Positions 1 to 12,067 of a stretch of DNA of 64,000 nucleotides are shown in pieces (position 1 is the first letter of the stretch; each line of letters begins with the position of its first letter). Position numbers and translations under genes: made by a program. Below the pieces are notes generated by a model. The model saw only the letters and a list, made by a program, of their open reading frames with translations, was not told the origin of the DNA and searched no databases. The DNA is taken from positions 310,001 through 374,000 of the forward strand of contig JAWMAR010000384.1 in the NCBI GenBank assembly GCA_036785375.1. Direction: 5' to 3'. The stretch is from Leucoraja ocellata. Taxonomy: Eukaryota.

Positions 1-403
1 CATGGTTGATGCCATTGTTCTAACCTTTCCCCATAATCATGATGATCTTGTTTGTAGACAGCTTGCCATCACACCAGTTTCAGTCACTTCCCTTGACTCC
101 AGTATTCATGACTGCAAACACTCTGAGGGAAGTACGCTGGTACTGTCATCCTAAATTGTGCATTCAACAGCGATCTCAGTTCCTCAGAGTAATGTCGGCA
201 ACTGTTGGTGATTTTCCATTGTTACGACCAAAAACCTCCAGGCCAATATGATACAAAGATAAGGCACGATGATGAATTAAGGTTTATGCTGCGATACAGC
301 TTAAACATTGATGCAAACATTTTGGAACAAATGACCTGAATCCAACTGTGTAATATTCACTTACAGATGTTCAGATGTGGGCTATTCAGCTGGTTGCACC
401 TTG

Positions 404-935
404 CATATTCTTGCCATCGAGGGAGTACAGAGAAGGTTCACCAGACTGATTCCTGGGATGGCAGGACTTTCATATGAAGAAAGACTGGATAGACTCGGCT
501 TGTACTCGCTAGAATTTAGAAGATTGAGGGGGGATCTTATAGAAACGTACAAAATTCTTAAGGAGTTGGGCGGGCTAGATGCAGGAAGATTGTTCCCGAT
601 GTTGGGGAAGTCCAGAACAAGAGGCCATAGTTTAAGGATAAGGGGGAAGTCTTTTAGGACCGAGATGAGAAAAATAAATTTCACACGGAGAGTGGTGAAT
701 CTGTGGAATTCTCTGCCACAGAAGGTAGTTGAGGCCAGTTCATTGGCTATATTTAAGAGGGAGTTAGATGTGGCCCTTGTGGCTAAAGGGATCAGGGGGT
801 ATGGAGAGAAGGCAGGTACAGGATACTGAGTTGGATGATCAGCCATGATCATATTGAATGGCGGTACAGGCTCGAAGGGCCGAATTGCCTACTCCTGCAC
901 CTATTTTCTATGTTTCTATGTATCTATGTTTCTAT
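404..935 (+). mobile_element. CR1-clade LINE (HER1-like), 5'-truncated 3' fragment
   Basis: ORF 377-829 carries the CR1 C-terminal motifs (EGVQRRFTRLIPG, LGLYSLEFRRLRGDLIETYKIL, TRGH, VVNLWNSLP) and a ctatgttt-repeat tail. Confidence 0.92.
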
Positions 936-1130
936 ATTATTCAGATGGTTCCTGGAAGATTAATTATCTTAACCCAGCTTGGATATATTACCCTTTAAAT
1001 CCATGCTTGAGGAAAATAATATCCACCATTCTGAGTTTTGAAACCTTCTATCATCCTGTTCCTTGGAAACAGAGTTCCACATGCCTGTCGCTTTTGTAAG
1101 GAAATCACCATTGGCATCACAAAAACGTAC

Positions 1131-1254
1131 CTTTGTATGTTGTTGACTGCATCGCCAAATCCAGGCGTATCAACTATCGTCAACTTTAATTTAACACCTT
1201 TCTCTTCAATGTCCACTGTGTGTTTTAAAATCTCCACTGTTTGATTGATCCTCT
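1131..1254 (-). CDS. SEPTIN5: Septin 5 exon, [41 protein letters not shown] (switch I, G3)
   Basis: 124 nt, ttcacag acceptor and AG|GTACG donor. DTPG motif; [20 protein letters not shown] is SEPT5-diagnostic. Downstream exons are outside the window. Confidence 0.97.
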
Positions 1255-1890
1255 CTGTGAAGTAAAGATGAGGAAAATGTGAGGGCAAATGTAACTAATA
1301 TATTGCAATCATCCTGCTCATCCACTGACTGATTAATGCATTGTCCAATTTTGAGGAATCAAAGATATCTGATTAGTTTGTGATCGTCATTAACACCATT
1401 GAAAATTATTATTATGAATGGAATAATAATTATGAATGGAAAAATTTGCGGAGGCCAGAAATATGAAAGAAAAACAGAAAATGAGAGAAATGTTAAGCAA
1501 GTCCTGCAGCATCTGTGGAATAATTGCATGAAAGGTCTTGCACTTGAAATGTTTCTCTTCCATAGTTGCGACATGACCAGCTGACCAATTTCAGTATTTT
1601 CTATTTTTATTACTGCACTCTCACCATCAGAGAAGTCATCAGAAAAAAATATTTGATCAATATTGATTTTAATAGTCTCATCTATCTTTGTCATTGCGAT
1701 TGGTTAGCATTGCTGGGTTCCCATAAGTGCCGACAGCCATTGATTGCATTTATGTGACCACAAGGACTCCCATTATTAATGCACTTTTTTTATTATCAAG
1801 AAAAAAATTATCTTTCCCCTAACCAGTTTTCAAGAGTTTTCATCCAATTTAGCTGAGAATGATGCACATCACAGTGTATCGATCAGATTG

Positions 1891-2076
1891 TGTAGGAATG
1901 AACTGCAGATGCTGGTTTCAACCAAAGATAGGCACAAAAAAACTGGAATAACTCAGCAGGACAGGCAGCATCTCTGGAGAAAAGGAATAGGTGACGTTTC
2001 GGGTCGAGACCCAAAATGTCACCCATTACTTTTCTCCAGAGATTCTGTCTGACCCACTAAGTTACTACAGTTTTTC
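1891..2076. mobile_element. Penelope-derived short fold-back element (family B)
   Basis: Inverted arms centred on gggtcgagaccc. Flanked by gtatc(g/a)atcagattg direct repeats at 1876-1890 and 2077-2091. Confidence 0.75.
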
Positions 2077-2972
2077 GTATCAATCAGATTGGCAGGCAGT
2101 GTATGGGGATATGCATGAAAGGGTTACTATTTCAGAGCAAAGAACTTCACATTCCTAGCAGTGCAGAATTATCCTTATGGAATCGAGGTTCAGTTTAAGC
2201 CGAGGACCAGTCGGACATTTAATGGTGCGTTATAGACAATAACTAACAATGTCTCAGCATTAGAAGCACCAAGTTTCACACTGCTCACAAGTGGATGTGA
2301 TTGCAGTTGCATTCTTTTTTCTTGCTCAATTCATCACTTTTAACTAAATCCCAGTATGTTTCAATCGCATGCAGAAGGACAAGATGTCTGATCTCACAAT
2401 GTCTTTGTTCCTATTATTCAACCTCTCGATTGGTTCCTCGTTCATGAGGATCTGAGGCACAAGTAGTGTAAGAACACGTTGAGTGGAGAAAGGTTTCTCA
2501 GGATAGGACTCAACATCATTATGGAGTTCTTACTCAGGTATTAGATAAAAAACAATGGCACTAATCAAATGATGTCATTATACATTTCATTACAAAGATT
2601 AAACGCTTTTGTTTGAAAAACATCCATTGGCAGCATGCCACTAAGTCCGACCACAAACCAGTTGACCAAAAGTATATAATATTAGCAACCTTAGCATTGT
2701 GGAGTAACAGCAACTGCTAGACCACTGTGACTTTTCCATGCAAATTGAATGGCAACATTTTCCGACAGCTGGACACTTGACTTCTGTTGGATGATGGATA
2801 AGGCAAAACATCAATGGTGGGTGAGTGTGAAGGTGGCTTGTGGTGCAAGGTATGTGGTTGTGTAGTGGTTGGTCAAAATAGAGAAGGATCATTTATCTCC
2901 ACCTCCATCACGTTCAACCCCTCCAAGAACATTAACTACATTAAATTTGTTGCCAAACCCCACGGCACTTAC

Positions 2973-3059
2973 CTTCAGCATTGAGAAGCTTCCTGTCTTT
3001 GTAAAGATCTGTAAGGAAGAGGCTCTTGACTAAAGTAGACTTCCCAAGCCCCGACTCTC
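2973..3059 (-). CDS. SEPTIN5: Septin 5 exon, [29 protein letters not shown] (P-loop/G1)
   Basis: 87 nt, tttctccccag acceptor and G|GTAAGT donor. GxxGxGKST motif; LYKDRKLL is SEPT5-type. Confidence 0.97.
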
Positions 3060-3689
3060 CTGGGGAGAAAGCAACAACTATTTTAAATAATGAGAATTAA
3101 TTTTGTTAAATAAGTGTTATCAATAGACAATAGGCAATAGGTGCAGGAGTAGGCTATTCAGCCCTTCGAGCCAGCACCACCATTCAATGTGATCATGGCT
3201 GATCATCCACAATCAGTATCCCGTTTCTGCCTTCTCCCCATATCCCCCGACTCCGCTATCTTTAAGAGCCCTATCAACAGCAAATATTTAATTCCAATCA
3301 CACACCAATCTTCCTCGGCAAAACTCATCATTCCCCATCATCCACTAGGTGACTTAGGAAATGATTCCCTTTGACAGGCAGAGTGAGGAAAGTAGTATAC
3401 ACAATAAGGGCATGATCAAAGTGCCTGGGGCTGGAATGAAAAAAATGAGTGTGCATATCGGAGCCACAGGAATTCAACAGCAAGGAGCAATGGGGCAAAT
3501 CACGGCATTGTTTAACTCGCGGGAGGATCACACAATTAGCAAATGAATTTCTGCAGAGCAGTGTCAGGTCCTTTAGTTAAATAATGTACTACTTACATGA
3601 AGGTAATATTCTCTACAGGGTAGAAGAACATTATAAAAAGTGCAGGTCTGGTAAAAAAGAGAAAATGCTGGAAATACATAGCAGTTCAG

Positions 3690-3972
3690 GTTTAGTCCAG
3701 CACAGTAGAGTTGCTGCCTTACAGCGCCAGAGACCCACATTCAATCCTGGCTACAGGTGCTGTCTGTACGGAGTGGGTATGTTTTCCCTGTGACTACATG
3801 GGTTTCCTGCCACACTCCAAAGACAAACAGGTTTGTAGGCTAATTTGTTTGCTAAAATTGTAAATTGGCCCTAGGGTGTGTGGGATAGTGTTCGTGTGCA
3901 AAGATTGTTGGTCAGCACGGACTCAGTGGGCCGAAGGGCCTGCTCCCAAGCTGCATTTCTAAACTAAACTAA
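3690..3972 (+). mobile_element. tRNA-derived V-SINE (HE1-like)
   Basis: gtagagttgctgccttacagcgccagagacc head, central domain and (taaac)n tail. Confidence 0.75.
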
Positions 3973-5112
3973 TAAATGTCAGGTCCCTTAGTTAAATGAT
4001 GCACTGCTGACATGAAGGTAATATTCTAAACAGGGTAGAGGAATATTATAAAAATGTACAGGTTTGTAGGTTAATTAGTTTCACTGAATAGTAAATTGTT
4101 CCTAGTGTGTAGGATAGTACTATTGTACAGAGTGATCTGATCGGCGCGGAAGGGCTTGTTTCCATGCTATATTCTAAAGTCTAAAGTAAAGTCTAAACAT
4201 AGAAACATGTAAAGTCAAGTAGCATCCTGTTGTATCGAGAAACTGGCAGGGTTAAGTTTAAGTTTAGTATTGTCACGTGTACGGAGATACAGTGAATAGC
4301 TTTGTTTTGCATGCTATCCAATCAAATCAGAAAACACAACACATAAATGCAATTAAGCCACACTCAAGTACAATCGATAGAGCGAAGTGAAAGATACAGA
4401 GTGCAGAATATAGTTCTCAGCATTGGAGCATTATAGTCCAGAGGCAAAGTCCAATGACAGCAATGGTAACGGTTCAGAGAAACTAACGACAGCAGCTTAA
4501 CTCGAACCTTAAGCAAAACTACTGGGTTAATTCATAGCCAAGCAGCATCTGCGGAAGCAAAGGGGATATGTCAATGTTTCAGGATATCAATGTCTGCATC
4601 AATTCTGGGGATGAAGAGGAAAAGATGGCCTGGATATAGTTGGGAGGGGTGGAACAGGAGCTGGTGGAATAGGTGGAACCAGATTTGGGGGGGGGGGGGG
4701 GGGGGGGGGGTGATGGTGTGTGGACAATGGCAAGATGGACCAATGTGGGGGAGGGGGATGAGATGGACAAGGTGAACAATGGGAGAGAGAACCTGGGTAG
4801 ACTGATGGGAATGGGAAAACCTTTCCACTACAAATGTAGATAGACCAGCACCATTGGTCTCGAGACCAAGCTTTCAAGTGCTCCAAAAGCTCAAGTGTCA
4901 ACAATTTATATTTTTCCTAACTTATCACACCTCCAAAACTAAGAAAAAGTCCAAACAACCTTCCAGGGTTTCTATTCCTCTCACTCAGGTCGACAGACAG
5001 ATATGCAGATCCAACTAAGCACATTTTACATGGTGCTGCTTAACCTGCTTGAACTACTCATTATGATTCTGAGCAATGGGTTTCAAGTATTGTTAGCAGG
5101 AAGTATTCTTAC

Positions 5113-5209
5113 CTGCTACCATTAGCGTGAAGTCAAAGCCCTTCTTCACTGATTTGCGATGGACCTGGTTGGGCAATGTGGCAAATCCCACATATTCTTT
5201 TTCCACATC
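5113..5209 (-). CDS. SEPTIN5: Septin 5 exon, [32 protein letters not shown](G) (polybasic region)
   Basis: 97 nt, tttcag acceptor and G|GTAAG donor. Near-identical to the SEPT4/5 polybasic segment. Confidence 0.97.
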
Positions 5210-6040
5210 CTGAAACAAATAAGTTGCTCATTTTAGAAAATCCCAAAGAGGTGATAATTGGAGATTACACAAGATGGACCAGGAAAAACGTACAAGAAAT
5301 GCATGCAATTCATGGACAGTAAACTGAAGCTTCCAAAATATTCTGACGATGGGTTGCAACCCAAAATGTCACCTGTCCATTCCCTCCACAGATGCTGCCT
5401 GAGCTGCAAAGTTCCACCAGCACTCAATGTTTTGCTCAAGATTCTAGTATTTACAGCTTCTTGTGTCTCCCAAAATATTTCCTTGTATTGGGTGTAACAG
5501 GTCACTTCCTGGTGAATTAATGCACTTAACTGCAAACAGCAGTCCGTAAATGGAGCAGTTTTTTGGTGTCAGTCGTCAACATTCCCAGTCAGGTACAGAA
5601 TGCCAAAAGTGTATCCCGACTAATATCTCACAAGGTTGTCTTTTACTACACCAGTAGAACACTCTCCGTTTCACAAAACTGCAGTATCTGTGACGGGTGT
5701 ACTCATAGTTTGGATTCGGCCACTGCAAATCCCAGTTGAAACCATCACGTTTTTGACAACCTGGATGCAATAGATTAGAGAATCTTCTTCTAATCTTGAC
5801 ATTCTCATTAAGCACAAGGTAGCTGACTTGAGACTGTAGCCCACAATGACAGACCACAGACTGTAGATCACTCCTTTCTGCCTAGCAAACCCCTGCCATA
5901 ACCGCAGTTGAGCATAAATTATTGCAACTATTAGCGTTAGAATTAGGAACCCAACACATCACAAATATTCTCTTGTCCCATCCATCCATACCAGCAACCT
6001 CTTTGCTTTCAAATGCATCGCTTCCAATCCATGTATCTAA

Positions 6041-6266
6041 TGCCCCTGTCCCACTTAGGAGACCTGAACGGAAACCTCTGGAGACTTTGCGCCCCACCCA
6101 AGGTTTCCGTGCAGTTCCCGGAGGTTGCAGGTGGTTGCCGGAGGTTGCAGGTAGTGGAAGCAGGTAGGGAGACTGACAAAAACCTCCGGGAACCGCACGG
6201 AAACCTTGGGTGGGGCGCAAAGTCTCCAGAGGTTTCCGTTCAAGTTTCCTAAGTGGGACAGGGGCA
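6041..6266. mobile_element. Palindromic MITE family 1 (PIF/Harbinger-like)
   Basis: Long TIRs TGCCCCTGTCCCACTTAGG, TAA on both flanks. Four copies in the window. Confidence 0.85.
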
Positions 6267-6508
6267 TAAGTCTCAATTATTGAGATTTGGCTACAGGTTT
6301 CTATTGCCAAAACAGATTAAAAACTGTGGCCGGAGGACAAATGCTGATACAACACCATCCACACCCAATCTGAGTACCTGCCCAGCAGGTTCTCTCTCTC
6401 TGCAATTCATCTAAATTCAAAACATGAAAACAATTGACTTTAAACTCAATGTCTCAAAAATAACTGTGCAAAGGGTATAATGGCAGCAACCCGGCAACAA
6501 TAAAAATA

Positions 6509-6541
<33 letters not shown>

Positions 6542-7831
6542 CAATACTTTATTAATCCCCCTATTCAGGGGAAATGTAGATGTCCTTGCATCTTCCTTCA
6601 TTCCTTCATTCAGTTTAGTTGACATAAACACAATGAATATAAAACTCCTGCTAATTGGGGCACAGAGAGGGAATTGGGAAAGTAGAGAGAACCTGGAGAG
6701 GAGAAAGTATTGTCCATGCAGATTATTGATGTTGCAGAGAACATTAGGAGAGAGACTAGAGAACAGAGAAAATGGGGAACTGGTGAGAGTGCGGGGTTAC
6801 AGAAAACAATCAGCATTGGAGAGCTTAAGATAGGTTGATTGTCAAGAGATCAACAAACAGAGGATTCTGACCATGGGGAGGACTGACAGCTGGAGGGAGC
6901 TTGGTACAGGAAGGTTTTGAGAACACCTGAAGCTTTAGCAGTAGAATGGATTGATGAAGTAGAGAGAACAGGGATGGGAGTAATGTTTGGGTTAGCAAAG
7001 ATTTTGTGTTGGAAAAGGGATTAGTTGACAGGAGGGAAAGAATTAAAGCATGCAAGATAGACCATGGGTGGATTGTGGGCATATTGGAAGCCAGGGGTGG
7101 AGTGGTCACAAGTAAGAACTTTGCAACTGAGAAGGGAAACAAACAATGCTGGAAAGACTCAGCAGGTCAGTTAGCATTTATGTGGAGGAAAATAAATAAC
7201 TTATCAGACCGATGGTCTTTCAAAAGGTTGCTTATTGGAGAACAAGCACAACATGACCTCAATCTTTAAGTCTGCCTACATTGCCGCTGTCATCGGTTGG
7301 ATCATCAGACTCAACCCAGGAAAGAGATTGAGAACGTTATGTCATGTTATCAGAGGAACAAGCTGATACTGAATGGCAACACGGTGAAAGTGTTAGTCGT
7401 TGATCGATAGAGGCAAGAGTGTGAACACAACCCCAGCCTCATTAATGGAGTTAGAGTACTGATAGTCGACAGTTTTATGTACCTTGGCATGGATATCAAC
7501 AGCTACCATCTCTTCCCGGAAATGCTACCATGTACTCTCATTCTTAGCTAATTTGGTTATTCCATTATTGCACTAGGTTTTTTTGTGTTAGTTCAGATTG
7601 CATTACCATCTCTGCACCATGTGTTGCATTCATCACTGAAATTATTATCACATCTATCAATATTGTGTGCACTGTTTACCCTGTGAGCTTAGGTGAACTA
7701 GGAATTTAATTGCACCCTGTTGTATATAACAATAAAATTATCTGATTCGGGATCTGTTTCTGAACCTACATGGAGGTGGATGGAAGCCCAGGATAGATTG
7801 TGTACCGATGTTAATTTTATTTTATGATAAT

Positions 7832-8120
7832 TAGTTCAGACATACAACATGGAAACAGGCGCTTTGGTCCACTGACACTACACCGACCAGCGATCACCCA
7901 CTAGTTCTACCCAACACACAGGGGGCAATTTACAGAAGCCAATTAACCTACAAACCTGCATGTCTTTAGAATACGGGGGGAAACCGGAGCAACCAGAGAA
8001 AACCCACACGGGCACAGGGAGAACATGCAAACTCCATACTGGCAGCACCCGTAGTCAGGATCAAACCTGAGTCTATGGTGCTGGTAGGCAGCAACTCTAC
8101 CACTGTGCAATGTGCCACCC
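7832..8120 (-). mobile_element. V-SINE (HE1-like)
   Basis: Colinear with the 50353-50662 copy. Confidence 0.75.
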
Positions 8121-9316
8121 CACTAGAAAATTACTAGCACAAGCCAACATTTATTGGAGACACAAGAGACTGCAGATGCTGTAATTTTGAGGGGATGCTG
8201 CCTGACCCATTGACATCGTCCAGCAGCTTGTTTATTGCTAACATCTATTGCCTTAAAGCACCACTACATAAAAGCACCTTCTCAAAATGCAATAGACTCT
8301 CTGCTGATGTTGGCGGGAAGGGAATTCCAAAATATAGAACCAAAGACAGGAAAGGAATAGTGATATATTTCCCAAGGCAGAAAATTGTGTTAAATCTAAT
8401 TGTTTAAGGGATGCAATGCAGCAGTGTACTGTCCTGGATATGGGCAACACAACTCAACCACTGGTTGAAATGACAAGGCATCAACCAGCAGCACAATAAG
8501 TAGGAATGTTAGATAAGTGAATTGACTACAATTATCAATTAAACCAGGAAACACCAGAACTTCCTTCCCCTGGTCATCTTTCTGTAAGTGATAAACATTG
8601 AGCACAGTGGAACCAACATGTGCAAATTCAGATAGGGAGCAGGAGAATGTACAGTACAGTGTCCCAGTACACCTCATATATCAGGGGTTACTTTGAGGAA
8701 CTCTCACAGTGATCAAGTAGGCCATTTTGTTGCTCTGTTTGGTTATTCTGCCATTTTACACTGCACCAACTCCCTTAAACATTAACATTTATTGTATTGA
8801 TGCTACTTGATGGAGGATCCTTGTGGGTACCTCTTGGACCTGCTGCTATTTTCTGCACTGACCCACAGGAATAATAGCATCCCCCTGCAGTTTAATGTCA
8901 TGCCCAAGAGAGATCTTAACAATGCATTATACAGGAACATACTAAAGTGGAAAATTCATGGCAAATTAAATTGCAGTGTTTTCGGGATTTTTTCCGGGTG
9001 CCTTGGGGAAGGATTCCCAACCAGCTGCTCTCAGAGGTTTCAATGGAGAGGATTGATATGGAGCCATTGTATTGAGCAGATTATCAGCAAATCATCAGCG
9101 CACACGAGTGACTACAAAATCCTGGCCATAGTGTCTGTTGGGCGACTCCTGTGTCCGTTATTCCATTGGGAATCTGTCTAATACGTGATCTTTGTTGGTT
9201 GGGTGGGTAGAGCAGTAGGTTTCAAGACTGGATAAATCATAAGGCAAAAAAAGGCATCTTGCGTGAATGGTGCAGTCAATTCCTCATTAATTAGAGGAAC
9301 CTCCATCACATATTTG

Positions 9317-9569
9317 GAGCGGCACAGTGGTAACTGGTACAGTTGCTGCCTTGTAGCGCCAGAGACCTGGGTTCAATCCTGACTGTCTGTACGGAGTTTG
9401 TACGTTCTCTCTGTGACAGCGTGGGGCTTCATCCCACATTCCATAGACGTGCAGGTTGGTAGGGTTAATTGGCTTCTGCAAATTTTCCTGAGTGTGTAGG
9501 ATAGAACTAATGTACAGTTGATTGCCGGTGGGCCAAAGGGCCTGTTTCTACACTGAATCTCTAAACTAA
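9317..9569 (+). mobile_element. V-SINE (HE1-like)
   Basis: A/B-box-like head (gcggcacagtgg ... gggttcaatcc) and ctaaacta tail. Confidence 0.75.
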
Positions 9570-10179
9570 CATGACAACCTTACTCCTCGTTCTTTTGCCC
9601 ATTTTCATTTGCCCTCCACGCTGACCCTTTTCCTCAACCCCTACTCTGCAACCATGACCTACCAACCCGCATGTTTGTGAATGTGGGAGGAATCCAGAGA
9701 ACCACAGGTGGTTACAGGGGCAATGTACAACTCCACATAGATAGCATCTGAGATCAGGTTTGAAATGGGTTGCTGGAGCTGTGAGACATCAGCTAAACTA
9801 ATTGTAGAATGGGTGTCTTAAGGAAACTGTGGCCAGAGTAATGAAAGAATCCCAGAGCTTTGAGCTAAGGCCAGAGGAAGACAGGATAACACTTATTAAC
9901 CACAGAACACTATTGACTCTACACCCACCCATAAGTTCAACTGCAGAAGCAGAGCAAAAGATAAACTGCAAAGGAATGTCAAACCTTTCGCAGGGATCTG
10001 CAGTTTCTCACCAGTGAAACTGCGTGTTGAACACAAAGAAACCAGTTTATGGGAGGGGCAGAACAATTATTGGGAGGGGGAAGTATGTAGAGTGTCTGAA
10101 ACATTGTACTGTATCCCGGATGGTCCTAATGTGAAGGAATCTTTAGTTTCACAGTGTCTGTTTCAAACCCCCAAAATTA

Positions 10180-10626
10180 TCAATGTCACAGGCTGGTGTC
10201 CCAGCAATCTCTCAGTAAGATTGTGCCGCTGAATGAAGGGATCCAGGAAATGTCAGTGAGAACAGTGTCACTGGCTTAAGGGACCATGCGATTCTCAATA
10301 ACAACACCCAGTGGCACTGATTTATGGGCAGCAGGGATCTCAGTAACAATACGAAGTATCACTGATGTAAGGGAGTCTGGATCCCAGTAACAATACCCAG
10401 TGTCACTGATTTAAGGGAGTCTGGATCGCAATAATAACACCCAGTGTGTCTGATTTAAGGGGACCTGTAATCTCAGTAACAACACCAAGTGTCACTAAGG
10501 GACTTGGGATTCTCACCAACAATGCTCCAATTGCACAACTTAAAGGTGCCTGTGGTTTTCAGTAACAGAGGGTGTCACTGATTTAAGGGTGCCTGAGATT
10601 CATAGTAACAGCTTCCAATGTCACTG
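10180..10626. repeat. Degenerate ~44-bp minisatellite, roughly 8-10 units
   Basis: Unit ~cagtaacaatacccagtgtcactgatttaagggagtctggatcc, with starts at 10341, 10385, 10429, 10474. Confidence 0.85.
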
Positions 10627-10911
10627 CATGAGTTTGAATCATAAACGGATGTCATGAACTGTCAGAGTAGCTGCAATCAAATAGAATAAATAGTGTTTTC
10701 ATTCCCACTGGATGAGTCACTGGGATTGTTTTGGCAGAGAGCACCAGTGAAGCCGTTTCCACCGACCCCCCCCCCCCCCCCCCCACCACCACCACCTCCC
10801 ACCTTCTCTCCCTCCACCCCGCCTTTCTCCTGCCAAGTTCAGCTACATTGTAAGCACCTTCCCTTTCCTCCTGTCCTGCCGCTGTGCCCTGCCCCCTCCA
10901 TGTCACTGTAC

Positions 10912-11001
10912 CTTCACCCGTGTGCGCTGACATCTTTCCGATCCACTCCGGGGAGAGAGGAGTCGCTCCACCAATCGCTTCTGGATGATGATGGTGTCCA
11001 T
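10912..11001 (-). CDS. SEPTIN5: Septin 5 alternative first coding exon, MDTIIIQKRLVERLLSPRSGSERCQRTRVK
   Basis: 90 nt, gacATGG start, phase-0 donor AAG|GTACAG. Resembles the alternative human SEPT5 N-terminus MDSLAAPQDRLVEQLLSPRTQAQRRLK. Too short to appear in the ORF track. Confidence 0.85.
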
Positions 11002-11640
11002 GTCGGAGATCAGATTTCAACTGGCCCGCAGGGTGACCTCCCCCCACTCCACCCCCCACCCCCCCCCCACCCCCACCAGCTGCAGACTCCGCCGAAACAC
11101 TCCTGCACTAATTGTAAATGAACTGGTACTAGGGAAAGGCTGGACTAAGGGGAAAAAATGACCTGGAATTTCCTGTTTTATGCGTTCATCTAGAGCGGGG
11201 GTGGGGTAACAACCACAGACTTCATCCAAACAGACTTCCTCAAAATCTGTGCTCCAAAGATTTTGAAATGTGGCACGGTGACGGAATGTGGTATCCCAGC
11301 ACTTATTTTTAAGTCTCCCTCATTAATCAAAAAAAAACAACTCAGGAGAAAAATGACTACCAACAATCACAATCGAGTCTCAGTGGCAGGAAATGTTTCA
11401 ACAGAAATCCGACTGATTGTGGAGCAAGAGAATCTCCACAAAGTCTCCCCTCCCCTTTAGCCTGACCTTTCCCATCTGCAGTACATCCCGGTAAGGTCCG
11501 ATCCAGCCGGGTGATTAACCCATTCAAAACATCCCAGCCCTGCACTGTGAGATTAACTCAATCAGCAGCAGCTTATCAAAATCTCCAAGCCGCCATGGCG
11601 GAAACGTGTGTTAATGTTAACCCTTTCACCACAAGTCTGT
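11002..11640 (-). promoter_or_regulatory. Putative internal promoter / 5' UTR of the alternative septin 5 first exon
   Basis: TE-free, GC-box-like tracts, palindrome CCGCCATGGCGG at 11590-11601, directly upstream of the ATG at 11001. Confidence 0.45.
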
Positions 11641-12067
11641 CTGTTTACAATTAGACATTGCCACAGAATGGGAGAGGAGGGTCGAAATTAAAACTCTCAT
11701 CAGCTTTCAATGGAAGATTTCAATGGACCATAAACGTACACATCTTCATTGAAGGCCATGAAATAAATATTTAAATTTATGAATTATTATTCAAAACCCT
11801 ATTATTCTCAAAATTCTTTGCATAGGTGAAATACATTGTTTGAATTGTCAGCAATGTTGTAATCTAGGTAAACATGGTAGCCAACTCACACACTGACAAC
11901 AATGCAATAATTAATAATGAAGCAGTGGCTAGAAATCGTAAGCTCAATACCCAGGGCCCATTCCTTTGGGGTAGGAGGGAGAAATTGTCTAATTTTCAGG
12001 CCAAGGATTCCTGATTCCTGAACCTTCAGCCCAGTTTTGTAACTGCATCAAGTTTTACTACCCCAGT

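Noticed and set aside
5576-5871. Minus-strand ORFs just upstream of the 5209 exon
   Set aside because: No septin similarity and no convincing in-phase donor.
8807-9181. 124-aa plus ORF as a nested gene
   Set aside because: No recognisable motif or exon structure; length compatible with chance.
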